Positions 55,269 through 63,947 of a stretch of DNA of 64,000 bases are shown here, piece by piece. Made by a program: the position numbers and the translations under genes. The DNA comes from an uncultured Gammaproteobacteria bacterium. GTDB taxonomy: Bacteria > Patescibacteriota > Patescibacteriia > Magasanikbacterales > GWA2-37-8. How positions within the stretch are numbered: the first letter of the stretch is position 1; each line of letters begins with the position of its first letter. The notes below the pieces were generated by a model. It was not told where the DNA came from. It saw only the letters and a program-made list of their open reading frames with translations, and ran no database searches. Location of the stretch: assembly GCA_964634875.1 (NCBI GenBank), contig CAZWKA010000005.1, positions 27,167 to 91,166 on the forward strand. Direction: 5' to 3'.

Positions 55269-56630
55269 ATGACTGCCAAGGCCAATCTTTCTTCGCTGGC
55301 TCGTCCTAAAAAGAAGGGCAAGCCCGTCGTTTCCAAACCAAAGGCAGTTTCGATCAAAAAGAATGCCTCAAAACCCGCCAAAAAACTTTTAGTCCGCAAA
55401 GCTGTCTCCAAAATAGCAAAAAAAGTTATTAAGAAAATTGCCAAGCCGGTGCCTAAAAAGGTTTTAGCAAAGGCGGTAAAAGAAGCGGTAAAAGGCCCAA
55501 TAAAAAAGTTTATCCCGCCGCCACCGGAAGTCGTCGTTGAGCCTACCATGGAGCAGGTGTGGGAGATTTTGCTCAAAGGCCGTAACCGTGGGTTTGTGAC
55601 CGAAATTGAACTGGGCAGAGTTATGCCCCGGCCTGAATATTACCTCGATTTGTATGAGGGCTTTTTGGATTTGACTGATAAGAATGGGGTAACGATTGTG
55701 GAAACTGCTACCAACCTCTTGGGTGTTTCGGGTGAGCAAAAGATAACGCTCAAACAATTTCAGGGTGCTCAGCCTGACATGGATGTGCCGTTTGACCTCG
55801 GTCAAATTTCTTCAGACTCGATCCAGATGTATTTGCGTGAAATTGGTAAGATCCCGCTCTTAAATACTGAAGATGAAGTATCGCTCGCAAAACGCAAGGA
55901 ACGCGGTGACAAAGCGGCAGAACGTAAACTTATCGAAGCGAACTTGCGTTTGGTTGTTTCGATTGCGAAAAAATTTGTCGGTAAAAGCTTGTCGCTCCTT
56001 GATTTGATCCAAGAAGGCAATATTGGTTTGTTCCGTGCAGTTAAGAAATTTGATCACCGCAAGGGTTATAAATTTTCAACCTACGCCACGTGGTGGATCC
56101 GTCAGGCGATTACGCGTGCGCTCGCTGATCAGTCGCGTACCATCCGTATTCCGGTGCATATGGTGGAAACCATCAACCGGTTCCAACAAGTCCGTCGCCG
56201 TCTTTTGCAAGATTTAGGCCGTGATCCGACTGTCGAAGAATTAGCTGCTGAAATGGGTGAAGAGGTGGAAAAGATCCAGCATATTATCAAAATTTCACAG
56301 GACATGGTGTCGCTCGAAGTATCGGTTGGTGACGACGATGACGATACGCAGCTGAGTGACTTTATTGAAGATGTTAAAAATATTTCTCCCGACCGCGCTG
56401 CCGCACTCCAGATTTTGCGTGACTATGTTCAGTCCGCGGTCAAAGATTTAGTGCCTCGCGAGCAGAAAATCTTGGAAATGCGTTTTGGTTTGACCGATGG
56501 CGTTACCCATACACTTGAAGAAGTGGGGCAGGAATTTGGTGTTACCCGTGAACGTATCCGCCAGATCGAAGCTAAAGCGCTTGAACGTATTCAGCAATCG
56601 GATATTATTACGAAACTTCGGGATTATTAA
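55269..56630 (+). CDS. rpoD: primary RNA polymerase sigma factor (sigma-70) with a Lys/Ala/Pro-rich N-terminal extension
   Basis: Region 2 ([18 protein letters not shown]...[13 protein letters not shown]), regions 3 and 4. Sits in the conserved dnaG-rpoD arrangement. Confidence 0.95.
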   Translation: MTAKANLSSLARPKKKGKPVVSKPKAVSIKKNASKPAKKLLVRKAVSKIAKKVIKKIAKPVPKKVLAKAVKEAVKGPIKKFIPPPPEVVVEPTMEQVWEILLKGRNRGFVTEIELGRVMPRPEYYLDLYEGFLDLTDKNGVTIVETATNLLGVSGEQKITLKQFQGAQPDMDVPFDLGQISSDSIQMYLREIGKIPLLNTEDEVSLAKRKERGDKAAERKLIEANLRLVVSIAKKFVGKSLSLLDLIQEGNIGLFRAVKKFDHRKGYKFSTYATWWIRQAITRALADQSRTIRIPVHMVETINRFQQVRRRLLQDLGRDPTVEELAAEMGEEVEKIQHIIKISQDMVSLEVSVGDDDDDTQLSDFIEDVKNISPDRAAALQILRDYVQSAVKDLVPREQKILEMRFGLTDGVTHTLEEVGQEFGVTRERIRQIEAKALERIQQSDIITKLRDY

Positions 56631-56637
56631 AAACACA

Positions 56638-56665
56638 CGAGCCCGCCTGGAGGCGGGCTTGTTTA
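56638..56665. terminator. terminator hairpin after rpoD
   Basis: AGCCCGCCT gg AGGCGGGCT followed by TTGTTT. Confidence 0.5.
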
Positions 56666-56962
56666 GATGCTCGAATCTTTCGGGCTGAACCAGCGGCCTG
56701 GATCCTGAAGCACGAAGACGAGCAGAAAGAAGATGTGGCAGGACACAAGCAGTCCAATCCCAATGACCCAGCTCAGCGTGACGTTGCTTGTGGAGGGTGG
56801 GTAGACTATTGGAAAGGTGGTAGCACCCGTAATCAGAAAAATTTTTGCCCAGACAATCAGGCAGAATTTTCGATCGAAGAGTCGGTTGATGAGGGTGATC
56901 CAGCCGACCGCTGTGTAGCAAAAGGCTGTGAAAATAAGGGCACAGAGCGCTTGAGTCATCAT
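56663..56962 (-). CDS. possible small 3-TM membrane protein, 99 aa
   Basis: Hydrophobic ORF divergent from murG. Preferred over the overlapping plus-strand ORF 56735..57100, which runs into the murG start. Confidence 0.3.
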   Translation of the reverse strand: MMTQALCALIFTAFCYTAVGWITLINRLFDRKFCLIVWAKIFLITGATTFPIVYPPSTSNVTLSWVIGIGLLVSCHIFFLLVFVLQDPGRWFSPKDSSI

Positions 56963-57026
56963 GGCAGCTCCTCCAAATCTTGTTCGTATTTAATAGCACT
57001 TAGCCAAATAAAGCAAGCCCAAGCCT

Positions 57027-58106
57027 ATGAAAATTATTTTTTCCGGCGGAGGAACACTGGGGCCGGTGACTCCACTTTTGGCAGTCGCTGCCGCCTATAA
57101 ACAAGCGCACCCCGATGCTGAATTTGTTTGGGTGGGAACCAAATTTGGCCCGGAACGCCAGGTTGTGGAAGAAGCGGGGATGACATTTTATCCGCTCAAC
57201 GGTGGCAAGTGGCGGCGGTATTTGTCGTTTTGGAATATTGTCGACATGATTAAAATAGCTATTGCTTTTTTTCAGGCGATGATTTTTATTTGGTATGAAA
57301 AGCCGGACTTGCTGGTTTCCGCGGGTGGGTTCGTAAGCGTGCCCTTGCATTGGGCGGGGGCATTCTTGGGGATACCAACTTGGGTGCATCAGCAGGATTT
57401 ACGGGTTGGTTTGGCGAATAAATTGATGTTTCCTGTGGCAACAAAAATTACAGCGACTTTAGAGCAGACTGCTCGTCAGTTACCTGCTAAAAAAACTGAA
57501 TGGATCGGAAACCCGTCGCGTGAATTGTTGTGCCAAAATGCCAACCAGGCCTGTACACATTTTAATATTCCGCCCAACAGTGTAGTTATATTTGCCGTTG
57601 GTGGGGGAACAGGTTCAAACGCTATAAACCGCATGATTGTGGAAGCGTTGGGGAATTGGCCCAAAGATTGGCATGTTATCCATTTGACAGGGAAGGAGCG
57701 GTCGAGTGAATTAGCTGAACGGGTGGCAGCAGTTTTCCCGAATTACCATGCGTTTAAATTTTTTACCGGTGAAATGGCCTGTGCGTATGCCTTGGCAACA
57801 GTAGTAGTAGCGCGGGCTGGATTCGCGACGCTTACCGAGTTGGCAGCGCTTTCAAAGCCCGCAATTATTTTGCCAATGGCGGGTACCCACCAAGAAGAAA
57901 ATGCTTCGTTTTTTGCCACGCATAACGGTGTTATTCAATTCCACGAAACCATGGATAACGGTCTCAAGTTGGCACAGGTGATTAAAGATTTGGTTGAACA
58001 CCCCGAGCGGCGGCAGATGCTTGGGTCAAATCTGCACGAACTCTTGCCTCAGACAGAAAGTAAAAAGATCGTGGAGATTATCGATACTCTTATTAGTAAT
58101 TCCTAA
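57027..58106 (+). CDS. murG: undecaprenyldiphospho-muramoylpentapeptide beta-N-acetylglucosaminyltransferase MurG
   Basis: MKIIFSGGGTLGPVTPLLAVA, a GT28 N-terminal motif, and a C-terminal GT-B domain; 359 aa. Confidence 0.9.
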   Translation: MKIIFSGGGTLGPVTPLLAVAAAYKQAHPDAEFVWVGTKFGPERQVVEEAGMTFYPLNGGKWRRYLSFWNIVDMIKIAIAFFQAMIFIWYEKPDLLVSAGGFVSVPLHWAGAFLGIPTWVHQQDLRVGLANKLMFPVATKITATLEQTARQLPAKKTEWIGNPSRELLCQNANQACTHFNIPPNSVVIFAVGGGTGSNAINRMIVEALGNWPKDWHVIHLTGKERSSELAERVAAVFPNYHAFKFFTGEMACAYALATVVVARAGFATLTELAALSKPAIILPMAGTHQEENASFFATHNGVIQFHETMDNGLKLAQVIKDLVEHPERRQMLGSNLHELLPQTESKKIVEIIDTLISNS

Positions 58107-58116
58107 ATATATTTGT

Positions 58117-58656
58117 ATGGCAGAGTCGATTGTATTTGGTGGTGGGTGTTTTTGGTGCACCGAAGCAGTATTTCAAATGCTTGAAGGTGTTACAGGTGTT
58201 TCGTCTGGGTATACGGGCGGCACAGTACCAAATCCGACATATGAACAGGTCTGTAGTGGGCGTACGGGTCATGCTGAGGCAATTAAGATAGAGTATGATC
58301 CAAGCAAAGTAAAAGTATCAGACCTGCTTGCAGTATTTTTTTCGAGCCATGATCCGACAACTTTAAATCGGCAAGGAAATGATGTGGGTACGCAGTACCG
58401 TTCGGCGATTTTTTATTCGACGCCTGAACAAAAAACAGCTGCTGAAGCTTTTATTGCCGAGCTTGTGGCTGAAAAAACATTTGTTGATCCAATTGTTACG
58501 ACCCTTGAACCGGCAGCAGAATTTTTTCCAGCTGAGCAGTACCATCAAAACTATTACCAGAATAACCAAAGCCAGCCGTATTGCCAGTTTATGATTGATC
58601 CTAAAATTGCTAAGCTCCGGCAGAAATACGCGCATTTACTCAAAAAATCCATGTAA
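58117..58656 (+). CDS. msrA: peptide methionine sulfoxide reductase MsrA
   Basis: MAESIVFGGGCFWCTEAVF is the active-site GCFWC. The true start is M at 58117; the track ORF is extended upstream into murG. Confidence 0.9.
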   Translation: MAESIVFGGGCFWCTEAVFQMLEGVTGVSSGYTGGTVPNPTYEQVCSGRTGHAEAIKIEYDPSKVKVSDLLAVFFSSHDPTTLNRQGNDVGTQYRSAIFYSTPEQKTAAEAFIAELVAEKTFVDPIVTTLEPAAEFFPAEQYHQNYYQNNQSQPYCQFMIDPKIAKLRQKYAHLLKKSM

Positions 58657-58658
58657 GG

Positions 58659-58687
58659 TTGCCTGGTTTTCATTTTTCCGCTATACT
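58659..58687 (+). promoter_or_regulatory. promoter TTGCCT, 17 bp, TATACT
   Basis: Lies between msrA and the ATG at 58740. Confidence 0.4.
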
Positions 58688-58739
58688 AATTAAATGTGTA
58701 TCGGTTCCTGCCGAGATTAATTACGTAACTTTTGTTCCT

Positions 58740-59309
58740 ATGAGTCAAAAAAATATTTATAAGGCCTTTCTTCTTTTTACCCTTATGGTCGTGGCCATGG
58801 GTGCTGGTTGTAGTCCTGCGACTGACCAACAGCCGACTGACACCATGCCCGGTGCAATGACACCTTCAGATTCAAGCCCGTCAGGCGTCATGACACCTGG
58901 GGAAGGAGCGATGGTCGCCCCACCGGCTACTGAGCCGACGCCAACCACGCCAGCACCAACAACTCCGCCGGCAACAGAGCCTGCAGCAGTGACGCCTCCG
59001 GCAAAGAGTTCATTTAAGGATGGTACCTATTCTGCCGATGGCACATATATGTCCCCGGGTGGCCAGGAAGCAATTGGTATAACAATAACCCTTAAGAATG
59101 ATGTTGTAACTGCGGTGAGTGCCGTTTCTAAGACGTCCCGCCCAATGTCACAGCGTTACCAGGGAATGTTTATTGGTGGCTTAGAGGAAGTGGTTGTTGG
59201 TAAGAAAATTACCGAGGTTAGTTTGACGAAAGTTTCCGGTTCTTCATTGACTCCGGCCGGTTTTAATGACGCTGTAGTTAAAATCCAAGCCCAGGCAAAA
59301 AATTCATAG
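58740..59309 (+). CDS. secreted lipoprotein with a putative FMN-binding (NqrC/RnfG-type FMN_bind) domain
   Basis: Signal peptide with lipobox (MGAGCS); a Pro/Thr-rich linker; then a ~100-aa domain with the character of FMN_bind domains (DGTYSADGTY...GITITLKNDVVTAVSAV). The canonical D..SGAT flavinylation motif is not exact here. Confidence 0.45.
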   Translation: MSQKNIYKAFLLFTLMVVAMGAGCSPATDQQPTDTMPGAMTPSDSSPSGVMTPGEGAMVAPPATEPTPTTPAPTTPPATEPAAVTPPAKSSFKDGTYSADGTYMSPGGQEAIGITITLKNDVVTAVSAVSKTSRPMSQRYQGMFIGGLEEVVVGKKITEVSLTKVSGSSLTPAGFNDAVVKIQAQAKNS

Positions 59310-59320
59310 CTATCCGCGGT

Positions 59321-60190
59321 ATGTCTTCGGCAGTTTTTGAAGCAATAGGGACGCACTGGCAAATTGATATTTTTGATCCCTTGGCAGAAGACGTGCAGCA
59401 AAGAATTATTGAGAGCATTAAAGCCCGTATCGATGCGTTCGATCGGGCTTATTCTCGTTTTAGGCCAGATTCATTAGTTACTGAAATGTCGCTTAAAGCA
59501 GGGGAGTACACTTTACCGCCTGATGCGGAGCCGCTCCTCGACCTCTATAAAGAGCTCTACGACCGCCTGGGAGGGTCGTTTACACCCTTGATCGGGCAAA
59601 CGTTAGTTGAGGCCGGGTATGATGCTGTATATTCACTAGAGCCTAAAATACTGAGTCGGTTGCCAACGTGGGAAGAGGCGCTTGATTATCGGTATCCAAA
59701 GCTGGCGCTTAAAAGGCCGGCTGTGCTCGATTTTGGAGCTGCTGGTAAGGGGTACTTAATTGATATTGTTGCTCAAATTCTCTATACTGAAGGTGTCCAG
59801 TCATTTTGTGTGGATGCGGGCGGCGACATGTTTTATGCGCATCCACAAAATAAGCTGCTCGATGTCGGGTTAGAAAATCCGCTCGATACCACCGAAGTAA
59901 TTGGGATTGCGACTATTGCGAATGAAAGTATTTGTGGATCAGCGGGAAATAGACGGACGTGGAAGAATTTTAATCATATTATCAATCCGTTCACGCAGGA
60001 GTCACCAAAAAATATTTTGGCAGTTTGGACTATTGCAGATACCACGCTCCTCGCGGATGCCCTGTCGACCTGTTTATTTTTTGTCCCGGGCAAGACGCTG
60101 ACGCCACATTATGATTTTGAGTACGTAATTTTGTATCAAGATTTTTCGATTGAGAAGTCCCAGTACTTTCCAGCGACATTTTTTAAATAA
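59321..60190 (+). CDS. apbE: FAD:protein FMN transferase ApbE
   Basis: ApbE-family signature blocks (FGAAGKGYLID, VDAGGDM); no signal peptide. Confidence 0.8.
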   Translation: MSSAVFEAIGTHWQIDIFDPLAEDVQQRIIESIKARIDAFDRAYSRFRPDSLVTEMSLKAGEYTLPPDAEPLLDLYKELYDRLGGSFTPLIGQTLVEAGYDAVYSLEPKILSRLPTWEEALDYRYPKLALKRPAVLDFGAAGKGYLIDIVAQILYTEGVQSFCVDAGGDMFYAHPQNKLLDVGLENPLDTTEVIGIATIANESICGSAGNRRTWKNFNHIINPFTQESPKNILAVWTIADTTLLADALSTCLFFVPGKTLTPHYDFEYVILYQDFSIEKSQYFPATFFK

Positions 60191-60210
60191 ATTTTATTTG
60201 TATAGCAGCG

Positions 60211-60290
60211 TAGGCAGAGTAAGTACTAAGCAGAGTAAGTAATTTTTCGCAACTTAATCTGCCTACTCTGCGTAATCTGCCTAGTACTAT
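60211..60290. repeat. repeat/dyad cluster: direct repeat GCAGAGTAAGTA twice (16-bp register) and TAATCTGCCT twice (18-bp register) in inverted orientation
   Basis: Checked by eye. agtactaagcag (60222-60233) is a one-mismatch reverse complement of ctgcctagtact (60279-60290). Lies between apbE and the oxidoreductase gene. Confidence 0.45.
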
Positions 60291-60293
60291 TTT

Positions 60294-61814
60294 ATGCACT
60301 TTATCGATAATCTGCTCAATAAATTTACGATGTATCGCGTGGTATTGTACGGACTAACGCTTCTCGCGGCCTGCGCATTTATTCTCAGCGCCTTCAAACT
60401 AATTTTTTTTACACCTCTTGAACTCGCTGCTTCGCTCGTAACACTCCTCGTTACCTGTGGTTTGGTTAATTGGGTTTTTGCTAAATTATTTAAAATTCCT
60501 GCCAACGTTGAGTCAGTTTTTATTACGGCGTGGATTTTGTTTTTGGTGTTAGCGCCAAGCACTGCTCGGGCAGATATCTTATGGATAGCTGCAGCCGGTG
60601 CGATTGCCATGGCTTCCAAATATGTTTTAGTTTTTCGTAAACATCATATTTTTAATCCGGCAGCTATCGGCGTGCTTATTCCGGGGCTTTTGGGTAGTGG
60701 CCTCGCTATCTGGTGGGTGGCGACACCGCTTATGTTCCCGCTTGTCCTCGTGGTTGGGTTTTTAGTGGTTCGAAAAGTACATCACTTTAATTCAGTTATC
60801 GCCTTTTTAGCAGTTAGTCTTGGCTATCTGATGCTGACCGGAATTATGGCTGACCGAAGCGTGTGGCCGCTTTTTAAAGAACTGATGCTTTCGTGGCCGA
60901 TTATCTTTTTTGCTTCAGTTATGTTTACCGAACCTCTGACAATGCCTGCTCGGAAGCATCTGCAGATTGTGTACGGAGCGTTGATCGGTTTCTTATTTTC
61001 CATCCAGTTTCATGTGGGGCCGGTGTATTCTTCGCCAGAACTCGCCCTCGTGCTCGGTAATATTTTTTCGTTCATCGTGAGTCCTAAGCAGCGTCTTATT
61101 TTGAAGTTTAAAGAAAAGACGCAGCTGGCGGCGAATATGTTTGAATTTATTTTTACTGCTCCTCAGCGGCTACAGTTTTTGCCAGGGCAATATTCGGAAT
61201 GGACCCTCTTTCATGAAAAACCAGACACCCGTGGGAATCGGCGTTACTTTACGATTGCCTCTGCACCCGAAAGTAACGATATTGCGATTGGTATTCGTTT
61301 ATCTGACCCGTCGAGTAGTTTTAAACAGCAGCTGGCGAATTTAAAAACAGGGGATGCTATTATGGCTTCTTCAGCAGCCGGGGATTTTGTGCTACCAAAA
61401 AATAAAGAGAAAAAAATAGTCTTCATTGCCGGTGGCATTGGGGTAACACCGTTTGCCAGCATGCTTCGTCATCTTTTAGAAACTAAAGAAAAACGTACAG
61501 CAACTATGCTGTACTCAGTGCGTACGTGTGCGGATATTGCTTATCAATCGGTTTTTGACCAGGCCGAAAAGGAGCTGGGTATTAAAACTCATTATATTGT
61601 CACTGATGTTTCGTGTTTACCACCAGGTTGGACAACACCAACGGGCTATATCTCTGACCCAACAATTCGCCAGCTCGTGCCAGATTTTAAAGAACGCCTC
61701 TTTTATATTTCTGGGCCATTTGTAATGGTCGATGCAACGGAAAAGTTACTCAAAAAAATGGGTGTACCAAGCAGTCAGATTAAGACCGATTTCTTCCCAG
61801 GGTTTGCCGGGTAA
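60294..61814 (+). CDS. polytopic membrane domain fused to a C-terminal FNR-like FAD/NAD(P)H-binding oxidoreductase domain
   Basis: N-terminal ~270 aa with at least 7 TM helices and a duplicated RK.HHFN(P/S) motif (RKHHIFNPAA; RKVHHFNSV), possibly RnfD/NqrB-like. C-terminal FNR motifs RRYFTIAS (FAD) and GGIGVTPF (NAD). No Fe-S cysteine cluster seen. Confidence 0.7.
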   Translation: MHFIDNLLNKFTMYRVVLYGLTLLAACAFILSAFKLIFFTPLELAASLVTLLVTCGLVNWVFAKLFKIPANVESVFITAWILFLVLAPSTARADILWIAAAGAIAMASKYVLVFRKHHIFNPAAIGVLIPGLLGSGLAIWWVATPLMFPLVLVVGFLVVRKVHHFNSVIAFLAVSLGYLMLTGIMADRSVWPLFKELMLSWPIIFFASVMFTEPLTMPARKHLQIVYGALIGFLFSIQFHVGPVYSSPELALVLGNIFSFIVSPKQRLILKFKEKTQLAANMFEFIFTAPQRLQFLPGQYSEWTLFHEKPDTRGNRRYFTIASAPESNDIAIGIRLSDPSSSFKQQLANLKTGDAIMASSAAGDFVLPKNKEKKIVFIAGGIGVTPFASMLRHLLETKEKRTATMLYSVRTCADIAYQSVFDQAEKELGIKTHYIVTDVSCLPPGWTTPTGYISDPTIRQLVPDFKERLFYISGPFVMVDATEKLLKKMGVPSSQIKTDFFPGFAG

Positions 61815-61834
61815 ACTTATAGTGTCTCCAAAAT

Positions 61835-61868
61835 AAAAACAACCTTATTCGAGGTTGTTTTTATTTTC
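61835..61868 (+). terminator. rho-independent terminator
   Basis: aacaacct tattcg aggttgtt followed by TTTTATTTT. Confidence 0.55.
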
Positions 61869-62005
61869 AAGGCTGCTCTCGCTCAATGTTATAGCGTGTA
61901 AAACACTGAGCGAGGTCGAGCAGTCTTGGGAGTTTTTTGCAGCGAGAGGGAGTGGCCAACTTGGTTTTCGGCCGCTCCCTCGTTGTATGAGGGGGTGAAA
62001 TTTGT

Positions 62006-63112
62006 CTAGGCTGGGGGTCCGAGCTCAGCCGTCTCCACGCGCGAGCTGAGGAACGCGCCCAGGTGTCGCCGGAGCGTTGTGATACCCGGCTTGATCAGCT
62101 CGGCATAGTCAACGAGGGCGCTGCCGATCATCGCATACTCCTTGGTCATTCCCGAGAGCTGATAGGTGGAACGCCCAAGCTTGAGCGGGTACTCGATCTG
62201 CTTCTTGTTGGTCGAGTGCCGAGCGACGTTCGGCTTGAAGCCTAGGTTGTTTCTCAAAAAGCCGAGCCCGCGGCTCGGGCGCTGCGAGATGTCATGCTCG
62301 TTGTACAGCGAGAGCTTGGCCGAGGTGAGCTCGCCATCTTTCAGAACCGTCTCAATGGCGTAGCGCTCTGTATAGACGATCTCCGGCAGAAGCGAAGGGT
62401 TGTTCATGAGCTCGTGGAACTCGGGCGGCAGAACAGCACGAACGCAATTCTCATAGAGATCGAGGTCCAGCAGCTCAGGACCGTCGAGCGGCTCTTCACC
62501 CCGCCAGATCGGCCGACCGAGCGGGATGCCGGTCAGGCGCTTGATCGTCTTCAGGATCGACTTGCGCTCCTCGTCGAGCAGGTGGCTCACGTTCGCCGTG
62601 AAGAAGGTGCGACCACGCTCTACCCTTCGCTTGAGCGCACCCCACTGCTGGATGATCCAGAGCGCGCCGTGGTCCGGCGAGATCGGGCGACCGTCATCGA
62701 AGGTCCAGCTGCAGGTTACGTAGTTTTCGGACTTTCTCTGCTTTAGGCTGAACCCGACGCGAAAACTCTTCGGGCCGATACCTACCTGATTCATGCCGCT
62801 GTAGCTCAGTTCCACCGGACCGTAGGTGACCGTGTCGCGCTGCCCCGAGAACGCGGAGTTTCCGACCCCCTCTCGGATAGTGTAAGGAGCGAGGTGATCA
62901 CCCGGCCGATACTCAAGGAGCCAGCTGGTCGGCAGGAGTGCGCTCGAAGGCTCCACCCACACGTGATCGCCCATGTTGTGGATCATCAGGTGCCGAGAGC
63001 CTGTCTCGTGGTGGTCCTCCGGCCGCAGCTGCCACTCACCCCGTATACGTAGGAGCGGCGTTGGGCTCGGGAACCGGACCTGGTTTGCGAAAAAATAGTT
63101 CTGACCATTCAT
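62006..63112 (-). CDS. GC-rich orphan hypothetical protein, ~368 aa
   Basis: Visibly GC-rich ORF with GC at third codon positions in an AT-richer genome. RBS GAGGAAAAG upstream of the ATG at 63112. The track ORF extends to 63211. The plus-strand ORFs inside it are artefacts. Confidence 0.55.
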   Translation of the reverse strand: MNGQNYFFANQVRFPSPTPLLRIRGEWQLRPEDHHETGSRHLMIHNMGDHVWVEPSSALLPTSWLLEYRPGDHLAPYTIREGVGNSAFSGQRDTVTYGPVELSYSGMNQVGIGPKSFRVGFSLKQRKSENYVTCSWTFDDGRPISPDHGALWIIQQWGALKRRVERGRTFFTANVSHLLDEERKSILKTIKRLTGIPLGRPIWRGEEPLDGPELLDLDLYENCVRAVLPPEFHELMNNPSLLPEIVYTERYAIETVLKDGELTSAKLSLYNEHDISQRPSRGLGFLRNNLGFKPNVARHSTNKKQIEYPLKLGRSTYQLSGMTKEYAMIGSALVDYAELIKPGITTLRRHLGAFLSSRVETAELGPPA

Positions 63113-63291
63113 GAACTTTTCCTCTGCTCTCCCTTTCCATTCAAGGCTCCGGTCAGGGCACTGCCTGACATGCGGAGGAGTCTTGGTAACTCTCAGGAGT
63201 AGCTCGCGCATAACAAATTTATTGTGCTCGAGCTCATCCGGAAAACTCTTAAGAGTATACTTTTTAGATCATTTTGTCAATATACTGGGGT

Positions 63292-63324
63292 AAAAAACAC
63301 GACGTCGATTGACGTCGTGTTTTA
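63292..63324. terminator. bidirectional rho-independent terminator
   Basis: AAAAAACACGACGTC gatt GACGTCGTGTTTT, a perfect 13-bp stem, downstream of gpmA on the minus strand. Confidence 0.65.
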
Positions 63325-63341
63325 GACTTAGACCATGCGCA

Positions 63342-63947
63342 TCAAAGAATTTTTTTAATTGGTTTTTGATTTTTGTCATTGAAATAATAGACCCACGGAA
63401 TTCCCGTTGGAATCTCAAGCGTAATTATTTCTTCGGGCGTCAGTCCTTCTAATTTCATGACAAGTGCACGCAGACTATTATGGTGAGCAGTAACTAAAAT
63501 ATTTTTTCCTTGCGCTAGCTCTACTGTTATTTTTTCTTCAAAGTGTGTGTGGACGCGAGTAGCAGTATCGGCCAGGCTTTCACCTTCGGGCGGGCGTGTG
63601 TGATAGCTTCTGCGCCATAATTTAACTTGCTCCTCGCCGTGCAGGGCAATAGTCTCAGCATGGGTTTTGCCCTGAAGCGCTCCGTAATGGCGTTCGTTGA
63701 GTGCTCTGTATGATTGTAGGGGTAAATGACTTTTATTGCTCGATTCCAAGGCGATTTTTGCTGTTTCTATGGCGCGAGTCAGTAGGGAAGTGTGCACGAG
63801 TGAAATATCAAAATCAGCTAACTTTTCGCCGGCCCGGCGAGCCTGGAGTTCGCCTTCCGGAGAGAGGGGGATATCGGTTTGGCCGGTAAAGCGACCCTCG
63901 GCGTTCCAAAGGGTTTTACCATGACGTAGGAGGATGAGAGTAGACAT
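63342..63947 (-). CDS. gpmA: histidine-phosphatase-family phosphoglycerate mutase
   Basis: LILLRHGKTLWNAEGRFTGQTDIPLSPEGE contains the catalytic RHG motif; 201 aa. Confidence 0.8.
   Translation of the reverse strand: MSTLILLRHGKTLWNAEGRFTGQTDIPLSPEGELQARRAGEKLADFDISLVHTSLLTRAIETAKIALESSNKSHLPLQSYRALNERHYGALQGKTHAETIALHGEEQVKLWRRSYHTRPPEGESLADTATRVHTHFEEKITVELAQGKNILVTAHHNSLRALVMKLEGLTPEEIITLEIPTGIPWVYYFNDKNQKPIKKIL

Noticed and set aside
56735-57100. 121-aa plus-strand ORF upstream of murG
   Set aside because: Runs into the murG start and has a Cys/Gly-rich odd composition. The overlapping minus-strand hydrophobic ORF is a more plausible, though still weak, gene.
62294-62746. 150-aa plus-strand ORF inside the second GC-rich gene
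   Set aside because: Same GC artefact. The minus-strand ORF is far longer and has an RBS.
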